A stretch of DNA of 17,208 nucleotides from Candidatus Methylomirabilota bacterium. Its GTDB lineage: Bacteria > Methylomirabilota > Methylomirabilia > Rokubacteriales > CSP1-6. The position numbers were made by a program, and so were the translations under genes. The notes below the pieces were generated by a model that was given only the letters and a program-made list of their open reading frames with translations, had not been told where the DNA came from and did not search any database. Of this stretch, positions 1 through 7,273 are shown piece by piece. The DNA lies in contig JBKPAK010000022.1 in NCBI GenBank assembly GCA_046726415.1, positions 1-17,208 of the forward strand. Reading direction: 5' to 3'. How positions within the stretch are numbered: the first letter of the stretch is position 1; every line of letters begins with the position of its first letter.

Positions 1-513
1 CGGAATCAGCGGGTCGCTCGCGCCGTGGCAGACGAGCACCTTGGCGCGGATGTTTCTGGCATCCTCCGGCTTCGGCGCCTCGAGCCCCCCGTGGAAGCTC
101 ACCACGGCGCTCAGCGGTGCGCCACTCCGCCCGAGCTCGAGCGCCGTGCTTCCGCCGAAGCAATAACCGATGGCGGCGAGCTTGGTGCGGTCCACGCTGG
201 GCTGAGCGCACAAGGCATCGAGCGCCGCCTGGGCGCGGGCACGCCAGCGGCTGATGTCGGAGCGCACGGCGGTCATGAGCTCGATGGCGCGGGGCAGGTC
301 TTGCGCCTGCACGCCGTCTCCGTACGGATCGGCCGCCAGGGCTACATAGCCCAGCGCCGCCAGCCGCCGCGCCCGCTCGATCACGTGATCGCCGATTCCG
401 AAGGCTTCCGGGAACAGCACCACGCCCGGCCGCGCACCAGGTCTTGCGTCATCGGCCAGATAGCCCTTCAAGGTCACCGCGCCGTCGCGGTATTCGAGCG
501 TCTTGTTTGCCAT
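1..513 (-). CDS. Dienelactone hydrolase family protein (alpha/beta hydrolase); 3' end outside the window
   Basis: Not in the ORF track. Manual translation from ATG at 513 gives MANKTLEYRDGAVTLKGYLADD...VVLFPEAFGIGDHVIERARRLAALGYVALAAD...AIGYCFGG...SFHG...VLVCHGASDPLIP. It has the G-Y-C-F-G-G Cys nucleophile elbow and the E-x-F-G motif. An AGGAG RBS lies upstream. Confidence 0.92.
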   Translation of the reverse strand, partial: MANKTLEYRDGAVTLKGYLADDARPGARPGVVLFPEAFGIGDHVIERARRLAALGYVALAADPYGDGVQAQDLPRAIELMTAVRSDISRWRARAQAALDALCAQPSVDRTKLAAIGYCFGGSTALELGRSGAPLSAVVSFHGGLEAPKPEDARNIRAKVLVCHGASDPLIP

Positions 514-583
514 GCGGTGTGCTCCTATCCTCCCTCGAGGGTGCAAGCGATAGTCGGCATGGTACGCGCGGGGGGCCCGGTGC

Positions 584-1696
584 TCAGTTCGGGACTATCG
601 CCGCGCGCGTGACGTGGCCCTTGTCCTGCTGGATGAAGGCCTCGTTGATCTGCTCGAGCGGGAACTTGTGGGAGACCACGCTCCCCCAGGGATACTTGGT
701 CAGCGTGCGCCGCATGAGGTCGAGCGCGCCGCGCAGATGCTCGGCCTCGTAGTGCGCAAGCCCGATGATCCGCCGGTTGCCGAAGATGATCCACGACGGA
801 TCGAACTCGGCCTTCCACCCCACATTGATATTGCCGATCTCGAGGTAGGTGCCCTCGGGGGCGGTCATGCGCAGCCCTTCGTCGACGACACCCGGATGGC
901 CCACCAGCTCCAGGACCACGTCGCCGCCCCAATCATCGGTGAGCTTCTTGACGGCGGCGATCCGTTCGGCGGGCGTCGAGTGGCGGCGCATGTCGACGAC
1001 GTCGGTGGCGCCGAACTGCTTCGCCAGCTCGAGCCGCTCGTCGAGCCCGTCGATGACCACGACCTGGCTCGCCCCCATCTCCCGCGCCACGGCACACGCG
1101 TAGACGCCGAGCCCGCCCGCGCCCTGCACGACCACCGTTTGCCCGGCGCGGAGCTGGGCGATCTCGAGCCCCGCATACACCTGCGTGTATGCGCAGTTGA
1201 TCCCAGCCGCCATCTCGTCGGTGATCTCGGGCCCGATCTTGAACACGGCGTGATTCGGGCGCAGGTAGAAGTACTGGCCGAAGCCGCCCTGGAAGTGCGG
1301 CCACACCTCGCACGACACGAGCCAGTTGGCTTGGCGGGTGGGGCACGACTTGTACTGGCGGCGCAGGCAGGCCTTGCAGCGCCCGCAGGGACAGAAGTAG
1401 CGGTACAGCACACGGTCGCCGATCTCGAGCGGCTGCCCCATCGAGTCTGCGGTGACCCCCTGGCCGAGCTTGGCGACGGTGCCGACATGCTCGTGGCCGG
1501 TATTGAGCGGCAGCGGCCGGCCCATCTTCACGTAGTCCTGCTCGCCGCGCCAGTAATGCATGTCAGAGCCGCAGACATTCGCCAGCGCGATCTTGATCAG
1601 CATCGCCCCGGGCTCGGGATCCGGTACTGGATACTCGCGGATCTCGAATGGCCTGCCCGTGCCGTGAAACACCGCCAGCCGTGCCGTCTCGGCCAT
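584..1696 (-). CDS. Zinc-binding alcohol dehydrogenase (MDR superfamily)
   Basis: VCGSDMH and GHE catalytic Zn motifs, CGRCKAC...C structural Zn cluster, GAGGLG Rossmann motif followed by VIDG (Asp suggests NAD preference). AAGGAGGGAG RBS upstream. Confidence 0.95.
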   Translation of the reverse strand: MAETARLAVFHGTGRPFEIREYPVPDPEPGAMLIKIALANVCGSDMHYWRGEQDYVKMGRPLPLNTGHEHVGTVAKLGQGVTADSMGQPLEIGDRVLYRYFCPCGRCKACLRRQYKSCPTRQANWLVSCEVWPHFQGGFGQYFYLRPNHAVFKIGPEITDEMAAGINCAYTQVYAGLEIAQLRAGQTVVVQGAGGLGVYACAVAREMGASQVVVIDGLDERLELAKQFGATDVVDMRRHSTPAERIAAVKKLTDDWGGDVVLELVGHPGVVDEGLRMTAPEGTYLEIGNINVGWKAEFDPSWIIFGNRRIIGLAHYEAEHLRGALDLMRRTLTKYPWGSVVSHKFPLEQINEAFIQQDKGHVTRAAIVPN

Positions 1697-1749
1697 CGCT
1701 TGCTCCCTCCTTGGGATTTCGTGGTGTCGCTGCCTCTCGGGGCCGCATC

Positions 1750-1809
1750 AGGATACCCGATGCGCGCCCCATCGGGAGCGCTAGTCAACATAGACACCTC
1801 ATAGACACC
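1750..1809 (-). promoter_or_regulatory. Putative promoter/operator region of the dehydrogenase gene
   Basis: TATCCT (-10-like) at 1750-1755 on the minus strand; inverted repeat CCCGATG-N7-CATCGGG (1756-1776); tandem CATAGACACC at 1789-1798 and 1800-1809 next to TTGACT (1783-1788, minus). Confidence 0.35.
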
Positions 1810-1906
1810 CTCCGCACCCTCGCTCCCCCGCCCCCAGCCCCGCACGCCGCAGCCCCGCTGGAGCCGCAGGCACAGGTGCCCTGAGGCCTCACGCGCTACG
1901 CCGTCC

Positions 1907-1934
1907 CAGGTGGTGCGCCGCCGCGCGCCACCTG
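1907..1934. terminator. 12-bp GC-rich stem-loop just downstream of the YybH-like gene
   Basis: CAGGTGGTGCGC-CGCC-GCGCGCCACCTG, with one non-Watson-Crick pair and no U-tract. Confidence 0.4.
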
Positions 1935-1937
1935 TGG

Positions 1938-2273
1938 CTATGCCGTGCCGGTCGGATTGTCGATGACAACCCGCCATGTGTCGTCGGTCTGCCGGCGCAC
2001 TACCCCCGTCCCACGAGCGGAAGTGGCGGTCTGCTTGCCGTCGGGTCCCGTGCTCCTGGGCGTGTACTCAGAGACGGTCAGCGCCAGGTCGCCGCTCTGG
2101 ACGACGATCAGGACCTTCATCTCGATTCGCGGCTTGCTGGCGATGAATCCGGTCATCACCCCACGGATCGCCGCGTGCCCGCTCACGGGTTTGCCTGGCT
2201 CGGCCACGAAGGTCGCAGCTGGTTCGTAGAGATCGACCGCTGCCTGGACATTACCAAAGTTGATGTACTCGGC
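1938..2273 (-). pseudogene. 5'-truncated YybH/SnoaL-like (DUF4440, NTF2-fold) protein
   Basis: Family-like sequence continues upstream of the ORF-track GTG at 2207: AEYINFGNVQAAVDLYEPAATFVAEPGKPVSGHAAIR...GDLAL...VVRRQTDDTWRVVIDNP. It then meets an in-frame TGA (2282-2280) with no start codon or RBS, so the first ~10 residues appear lost. Confidence 0.75.
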
Positions 2274-2274
2274 A

Positions 2275-2303
2275 TTGTTTCACACATCTCGCTGTGTGAT
2301 CAT
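2275..2303 (+). promoter_or_regulatory. vapBC promoter with overlapping palindromic operator
   Basis: TTGTTT (2275-2280), 17-bp spacer, GATCAT (2298-2303) with TG at 2295-2296 (extended -10). A perfect inverted repeat TCACACA-N6-TGTGTGA (2280-2299) lies in the spacer, where TA autorepression sites typically sit. Confidence 0.7.
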
Positions 2304-2323
2304 CTGAAGGCGAGGGGGAACTC

Positions 2324-2527
2324 ATGGCGACCAACCTGGCGCTCGACGACAAGCTCATCGAGGCGGCGGTCCGGGCCGGGGGGCATAAGACCAAGAGGGC
2401 CGCGGTCACCGCCGCCCTCACCGAGTACGTGAGGTCACGCCGACGGAAGCAAATTCTGAAATGGCGCGGCCAGGTCGACTACTTCGACGACTACGACTAC
2501 AAGGCCTTGCGTCGACAGCGGGCCTGA
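2324..2527 (+). CDS. vapB: Type II toxin-antitoxin VapB-family antitoxin
   Basis: 67 aa, MATNLALDDKLIEAA...GGHKTKRAAVTAALTEY...DYDYKALR, typical of RHH-type VapB. GAGGGG RBS. Its stop overlaps the toxin start (TGATG). Confidence 0.9.
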   Translation: MATNLALDDKLIEAAVRAGGHKTKRAAVTAALTEYVRSRRRKQILKWRGQVDYFDDYDYKALRRQRA

Positions 2528-2949
2528 TGATCCTCGTCGACACCTCGATCTGGTTGCTCGCGCTCCGCCGGCGGGCGGCGGCGCTGAGCGCGGAGGAGGA
2601 ACGCGTCGTAGGAGAGTGGGCTCGCTTGGTGGCCGAGGGCATGGCCGCGCTCATCGGACCCATCCGACAGGAGATTCTCTCCGGAACTCGACGGATCGAG
2701 GCCTTCCGGGCGCTGCGGCGAACGTTGCTGGATTTCCCGCACCTCAACATCGCCGCCGAGGACTACGACCGAGCGGCCGAGTTCTTCAACGTGTGCCGCG
2801 CGGGGGGCGTCACCGGCGGACCGATTGACATGTTGATTTCGTCCGTGGCGTATCGCCACGCGATCCCCGTGTTCGCGGTAGACACGGACTACGTGACGTA
2901 CGCGCGGCACCTCCCACTCCGACTTCACTTGCCTCGACCCAGCCGGTGA
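2527..2949 (+). CDS. vapC: VapC PIN-domain ribonuclease toxin (140 aa)
   Basis: True start is the ATG at 2527 in the TGATG overlap. MILVDTSIW, IRQEILSG, GPIDMLI and DTDY supply the acidic PIN active-site residues. Confidence 0.93.
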   Translation: MILVDTSIWLLALRRRAAALSAEEERVVGEWARLVAEGMAALIGPIRQEILSGTRRIEAFRALRRTLLDFPHLNIAAEDYDRAAEFFNVCRAGGVTGGPIDMLISSVAYRHAIPVFAVDTDYVTYARHLPLRLHLPRPSR

Positions 2950-3079
2950 GTCGGTTGCGATCAGACCATGGTGGCGCTCACCGGCGACTGACAGCGGCTC
3001 AATGGGCCGCTCAGGGTCTTGATCCGTCTCCGGCTCGGCCTCGCCAACCTTGGCCCCCTCCCCTGCTGCGAGCCCGAAT

Positions 3080-3303
3080 TCTGCCTCCGTCCACGACCGC
3101 GGCCGCCGAGCGCAGGCGGCGCACGGGATGGCCGGCCCGCGGCGCGGTGGCGACCCGCCCCTGGATGGAGGCGGCGGCAGCGCCGGCCACGAGCGGTATC
3201 TGCTCGGCCACGGGATCGCTGGGGCTGGGCTCCTCCGGCAGGCGTCCGCGGCGCCGCAGCAGCGCTCCAGGATCGTGCCAATCTCGTCGTCAGTGGGCTG
3301 TGG
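3080..3303 (-). mobile_element. Degraded internal fragment of an IS91-family (HUH/Y2 rolling-circle) transposase
   Basis: Minus strand reads PQPTDDEIGTILER, then a frameshift at ~3263, then LLRRRGRLPEEPSPSDPVAEQIPLVAGAAAASIQGRVATAPRAGHPVRRLRSAAAVVDGG. This matches my recollection of the PTD...LLRRRG...ASIQGRVAxGPRAG..VRRL segment between the HUH and tyrosine motifs of IS91-like transposases. The catalytic motifs are absent. Confidence 0.7.
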
Positions 3304-3744
3304 GCCTCCCAGGCCGATGTGCTCGCACCACGCACCAAGCTCTCGCTCATCGCCGCCGAGCTGAGCCGCCGCAACTACCACGGCCGCGTATATGCCAAGG
3401 CACAGAATGTCCGGCCCACCTACATCAAGGCCTACGACGCCGCCCTGGCGGCCGTCGACGTGCTGGTGATGCCCACCTGTGTCATGACGGCCACCAAGAA
3501 CCACCGACGGGCAGCTCCTCGAGACAACCTCATGGCGATGACCAGGGGCTTCTCCTGCAACACCCAGCCCTTCAACTACACTGGCCACCCGGCGCTCGCC
3601 CTCCCCGTGGGCAAGTTGTCGGCCGGTCTCCCGGTCAGCATGCAGCTCGTCGGGCGTTTCTTCGACGATCCGCTCCTCGTGCGGGTCGCACACGCCTACC
3701 AGCACGCGACCGACTGGGACAAGATCATCGGCGTCCACGCCTGA
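3298..3744 (+). pseudogene. C-terminal fragment of an amidase-signature family amidase
   Basis: LWASQADVLAPRTKL...GRVYAKAQNVRPTYIKAYDAALAAVDVLVMPT...NTQPFNYTGHPALALP...GLPVSMQLVGRFFDD. The catalytic Lys, GGSS and Ser region is missing. The upstream part of ORF 3019-3744 is antisense transposase sequence. Confidence 0.85.
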
Positions 3745-3863
3745 GCGGGTGAGAACCGGGGGCGAAGGGCCCCCGCGAGCCACGGCGGCGCACCACGCGG
3801 GTGCCGACGGACTGGGACGCGTTCGACGACGACGGAGCGCGCACACGCGCGAAGGAGGAATGA

Positions 3864-4661
3864 TTGGATCTGCAACTCGCCGGCAAGAAAGCTATCGTCA
3901 CCGGCGCCAGCCGCGGCATCGGCCGGGCCATTGCCCGCCAGCTCGCGCTCGAGGGCTGCGACGTCGCCATTTGCGCCCGTACCGAAGGACCGCTGAAGCA
4001 CGCGGCCGCTGAGCTGGCGAAGGAGTCGGGCCGGAAGGTGGTCCCCATCGTATGCGATACCCTGAACGCCGACGCGATCAAGCACTTCGTCAACACGGCG
4101 GCGCGCGAGCTCGGCGGCATCCACATCGTGATCAACAACGCGGCTCGCGTCGGCGGCACGCCGGGTACCGTCGAGACGGTGAGCGACGCCGATGTCCTGC
4201 GTGACTTCGAAGAGAAGGTGGTCGGCTACCTCCGCACGACGCAGGCCGCCATCCCGTACCTGAAGCAGGCCGGCTGGGGGCGCGTGATCAACATCAGCGG
4301 CGGGGCCGGCCGAGCCCCCGGCACCGCGGTGAGCGGCGGCATCCGCAACATCGGGACCGTCAATCTGACCAAGTCAATGGCCAACGCCCTCGTGCCGTAC
4401 GGCATCAACGTCAACGCCATCTACCCCGGGCAGACGATCACCGAAGCCACCTTGGAGCGCTATGCCGAGCAGGCGAAGCGCGAGGGCACCACGGTCGAAG
4501 CGCTCCACAAGGCCGCCGACGAGCGCACGGTGCTCAAGCACATGGTCACCGCGACCGACATCGGCTACTTCGTGGCAATGCTGTGCTCTCCGCTCACCAT
4601 CGGCGTGCACGGCGAAGCCATCGGCATCGACGGCGGCAACCGCGCCGACATGCACTACTAG
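3864..4661 (+). CDS. Short-chain dehydrogenase/reductase (atypical, no YxxxK)
   Basis: TGASRGIG, NNAA, INISG, NVNAIYPG and IDGG motifs. TTG start with AAGGAGG RBS at 3852-3858. Confidence 0.9.
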   Translation: MDLQLAGKKAIVTGASRGIGRAIARQLALEGCDVAICARTEGPLKHAAAELAKESGRKVVPIVCDTLNADAIKHFVNTAARELGGIHIVINNAARVGGTPGTVETVSDADVLRDFEEKVVGYLRTTQAAIPYLKQAGWGRVINISGGAGRAPGTAVSGGIRNIGTVNLTKSMANALVPYGINVNAIYPGQTITEATLERYAEQAKREGTTVEALHKAADERTVLKHMVTATDIGYFVAMLCSPLTIGVHGEAIGIDGGNRADMHY

Positions 4662-4693
4662 TGTTCTGAGTAGAGATTCAAATGACGGAATCG
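4658..4693. mobile_element. Probable isolated IS630-family terminal repeat remnant
   Basis: CTAGTGTTCTGAGTAGAGATTCAAATGACGGAATCG is an AT-rich patch starting at CTAG. It resembles recalled IS630-type ends (CTAGTGTCCTGAGTCAGAGATTCGTTGACAGAA-like, whose reverse strand encodes ...RISDSGH*). The reverse strand here ends ...SEH*. Confidence 0.45.
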
Positions 4694-4746
4694 AACCCCT
4701 GAAGTGCAGATGGAAGCGCGACGCCGCTCCTCGACGACCAGCCCCC

Positions 4747-5880
4747 TCACAGGCCGTAGAGCGCCCGCGCGTTGTCGCAGAGGATTCGACGGCGCATCTC
4801 CGGCGCGGCACCCCGAAAGTTTTCGGCGATGGCCGCCTGCGACTCCGGCCACGTGCTGTCGGGGTGCGGGTAATCCGAGGCCCACATCACGCGGTCATCG
4901 CCGAGCCGATCGATCAACCGCAGCCCCGCGTGATCGGTCTGGAACGTCGCCCACAACTGGCGCCGCCAGTACGCGCTCGGCGGCTGGGTAAAGGGCAGGC
5001 CGCCCTGGGCCCGCCAGTACTCCCCGGCGTCCAGGAATCGAAGATAGGTTTCGTCCATGCGCTCGAGCATGTACGGGAGCCAGCCGATTCCGGTCTCGGC
5101 GAGCACGATCTTGAGGCCGGGATGGCGCTCCAGGGCCCCGCCGAAGATGACGGCGGCGAGAGCTTCGTCGATCTGTAGGGTCGCGCACGCGATCCGAACA
5201 CCGACGTTGCCCGCGTGGTTTGCCTTCGGGCCGCCGGCGAGGACCGTGCGCAACCCTCCGCCGAGGTGGAAGCCGATGGGAATCCCCGTCTCGGCCGCCG
5301 CCTCCCACAGGACCTCCCAGGCCTCATCCCAGAGCGGAACCTCCACCTGGGCGGCGAGGAACATCCCGGTGCGGAGCCCGATCTGCCTGAGATGGCGCAC
5401 CTCGTCGGCGGCCATCTTCGGGTCATCGATCGGAATCAAGCCCACGCCGATCAGGCGCTCCGGCGCCGTGGCACAGAACTCGGCCAGCCAGTCGTTGTAG
5501 GCGCGGTAGCACACGCGACGAAGCTCCGGATCCTTGATCAGCAGCGGGACGATCGGACCGTACATGACCGTCGCGTCGACGCCGTCCCGGTCCATATCCG
5601 CCAGGCGCAGCGCCGTCGTCGTCGGCCGGAGCACGCCATGCTCGAACACGCCGCCACGGTCGATCGCGGTCCGGCGTCCGCCCCGCGCCCCGGCCGCCCC
5701 GGCACGCCCACCCCAGAGTTCCCACCGGTCATCGCCGCACACCCAGGCCGGGCCGTCGGTGGTCTCCACGACTTTCGGGGCGCGCTCGCGCCACTCGGGC
5801 GGCACCCGCCTTTGCCAGACATCCTTTGGCATCCACTGCAGGTCGATGTGATCGTCGGCCGAGATGATCCGGTAATTCAT
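4747..5880 (-). CDS. Amidohydrolase family protein (Amidohydro_2 type)
   Basis: IISADDHID, RLADMDRDGVDATVMY, YNDWLAEFC, FHLGG, AETGIGWLPY and WASDYPHPDSTWP motifs. GGGAGGA RBS. Confidence 0.93.
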   Translation of the reverse strand: MNYRIISADDHIDLQWMPKDVWQRRVPPEWRERAPKVVETTDGPAWVCGDDRWELWGGRAGAAGARGGRRTAIDRGGVFEHGVLRPTTTALRLADMDRDGVDATVMYGPIVPLLIKDPELRRVCYRAYNDWLAEFCATAPERLIGVGLIPIDDPKMAADEVRHLRQIGLRTGMFLAAQVEVPLWDEAWEVLWEAAAETGIPIGFHLGGGLRTVLAGGPKANHAGNVGVRIACATLQIDEALAAVIFGGALERHPGLKIVLAETGIGWLPYMLERMDETYLRFLDAGEYWRAQGGLPFTQPPSAYWRRQLWATFQTDHAGLRLIDRLGDDRVMWASDYPHPDSTWPESQAAIAENFRGAAPEMRRRILCDNARALYGL

Positions 5881-5965
5881 GGTGGTCCTCCCTCAACGTC
5901 TCCGGCAGTGCCCGTGATGATGACACCAGGCTGCGCCGACGTCGAGACTCCGGCGGTGGGGCGGC

Positions 5966-7258
5966 CTACGCCAGCGCCGCGATGCGGCGCGGCTGGCCGA
6001 GCAGCCAGAGTGCGATCGCGAGATTGAGCAGGTTCCAGACGATGCCGTTGACGAAGGCCAGACGGTACGAGCCGGTCAGGTCGAAGATCGCTCCCGAGAG
6101 CCACCCGCCCAGCGCCATGCCGAAGATCGTGGCCATCACCACGCCGCCGATGCGCGCCCCCGCCTCCTGTGGGGCGAAGTACTCCCGCACGATGACCGCA
6201 TAGCTCGGCACGATCCCCCCCTGGGCCAGGCCGAAGAGCGCGGAGACCACGTAGAGCGAGACCAGGCCGTCGAAGGGCAGATAGAGCGCCAGCACCAGGC
6301 ATTGCAGGGCCGATCCCAGAAGCAGGGTTGGCACGCCGCCCACGCGATCGGCGATCCACCCAGAGACGAGGCGGCTGAAGACGCCCATGCCCAGCATGGC
6401 GGAGAGCATCTCCGCGCCGTGGGCGACGCCGTGACCGAGGTCGCTCGCGTAGGCGACGATGTGCACCTGCGGCATCGACATGGCGACACAGCACGCCACG
6501 CCGGCGACCATGAGGAGCGCCTGCAAGCGGCCGGGCGCGACGTGCCGTCGGCCGGCTTCGGTCCCGGCGACGGTCGTCGAAAGCGGTCCGCGCGAGACCG
6601 GCGCGCGGCGGCGAAGCGCGAGGGTGAGCGGCAGCATGGTCAGGAGGCAGAACACACCGACGCCGACCAAGGTCAGTCGCCATCCCGAGGTTGCCGTGAA
6701 GTGCTGGAGGATCGGGGGCCAGACCGCGCCGGCCAGGTAGTTCCCGCTGGCGCACACCGAGACAGCGATGCCGCGGTGGCGGGTGAACCAGTGCGAGATA
6801 TCCGCGACGAGCGGTCCGAATGTAATCGAACTGCCGAGGAGGCCGATGGCCACGCCCTGGACCAAGGCAAACTGCCCCAGGCTCCCCACCTGGGCCGTCA
6901 GCAGGTAACCGAGGCTGAGCGCGATCGCGCCCACGACAAGCGGCGTCGCGATCCCGAAGCGATCAGCGATGCGGCCCATCAAGAGCCCGCCGACGGCGAA
7001 GCCCAGCATCGTGGCCGTGTAGGGAAGGGAGGCGCTGCTGCGGGCGACCCCGAACTCGGCCTGCACCGCCGGCAGTACGACAACGACCGACCAGAGGCCG
7101 ACGCCCCCGATCGTGCTCAGCGCCAGCGAGGCAACGAGGCGCCGCCACGCATAGGCCGACTCCACCAGGGGCGCCTCGGGTGAGAGGCCCGCTGTTCTCC
7201 GCCTATCTCCCGCAGTCCGCCGTCTCACCGAGTGTCCCGACTTCACGCCGTCGGGCAC
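5966..7258 (-). CDS. MFS transporter (start uncertain; alternative GTG at 7165)
   Basis: About 12 hydrophobic segments; motif A twice (GRIADRFG, GWIADRVG); WFTRHRGIAV; GAIFDLTGSY. Confidence 0.92.
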   Translation of the reverse strand: MPDGVKSGHSVRRRTAGDRRRTAGLSPEAPLVESAYAWRRLVASLALSTIGGVGLWSVVVVLPAVQAEFGVARSSASLPYTATMLGFAVGGLLMGRIADRFGIATPLVVGAIALSLGYLLTAQVGSLGQFALVQGVAIGLLGSSITFGPLVADISHWFTRHRGIAVSVCASGNYLAGAVWPPILQHFTATSGWRLTLVGVGVFCLLTMLPLTLALRRRAPVSRGPLSTTVAGTEAGRRHVAPGRLQALLMVAGVACCVAMSMPQVHIVAYASDLGHGVAHGAEMLSAMLGMGVFSRLVSGWIADRVGGVPTLLLGSALQCLVLALYLPFDGLVSLYVVSALFGLAQGGIVPSYAVIVREYFAPQEAGARIGGVVMATIFGMALGGWLSGAIFDLTGSYRLAFVNGIVWNLLNLAIALWLLGQPRRIAALA

Positions 7259-7273
7259 ACTGGGGACAGGGAT

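Noticed and set aside
25..612. 195-aa plus-strand ORF
   Set aside because: Antisense shadow of the dienelactone hydrolase, which carries clear motifs on the minus strand.
614..1804. Long antisense or alternate-frame ORFs (614-1804, and likewise 7232-8635, 11329-13044, 11460-13163, 14077-15750)
   Set aside because: They overlap well-supported genes, lack motifs and are expected in high-GC DNA.
2950..3079. IS91 oriIS/terIS end in the gap after vapC (small hairpin at ~2993-3011)
   Set aside because: No recognisable oriIS-like AATTCCTAT sequence, and the hairpin alone is not diagnostic.
3019..3744. 241-aa ORF as a complete amidase
   Set aside because: No RBS and no amidase signature; its N-terminus is unrelated sequence.
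2497..3846. 449-aa minus-strand ORF
   Set aside because: Composite of antisense amidase and vapC sequence. Only the short PTDDEIGTILER stretch is meaningful (transposase relic).
3753..3863. Short frame ending ...VPTDWDAFDDDGARTRAKEE* directly before the SDR, with a 13/14-nt echo of the amidase TDWD codons
   Set aside because: Too short and without a supported start; it could be a gene remnant but cannot be told from chance.
4687..4699. tRNA T-loop-like GGGGTTCGATTCC on the minus strand
   Set aside because: The T-stem does not pair fully, and there is no cloverleaf or acceptor stem.
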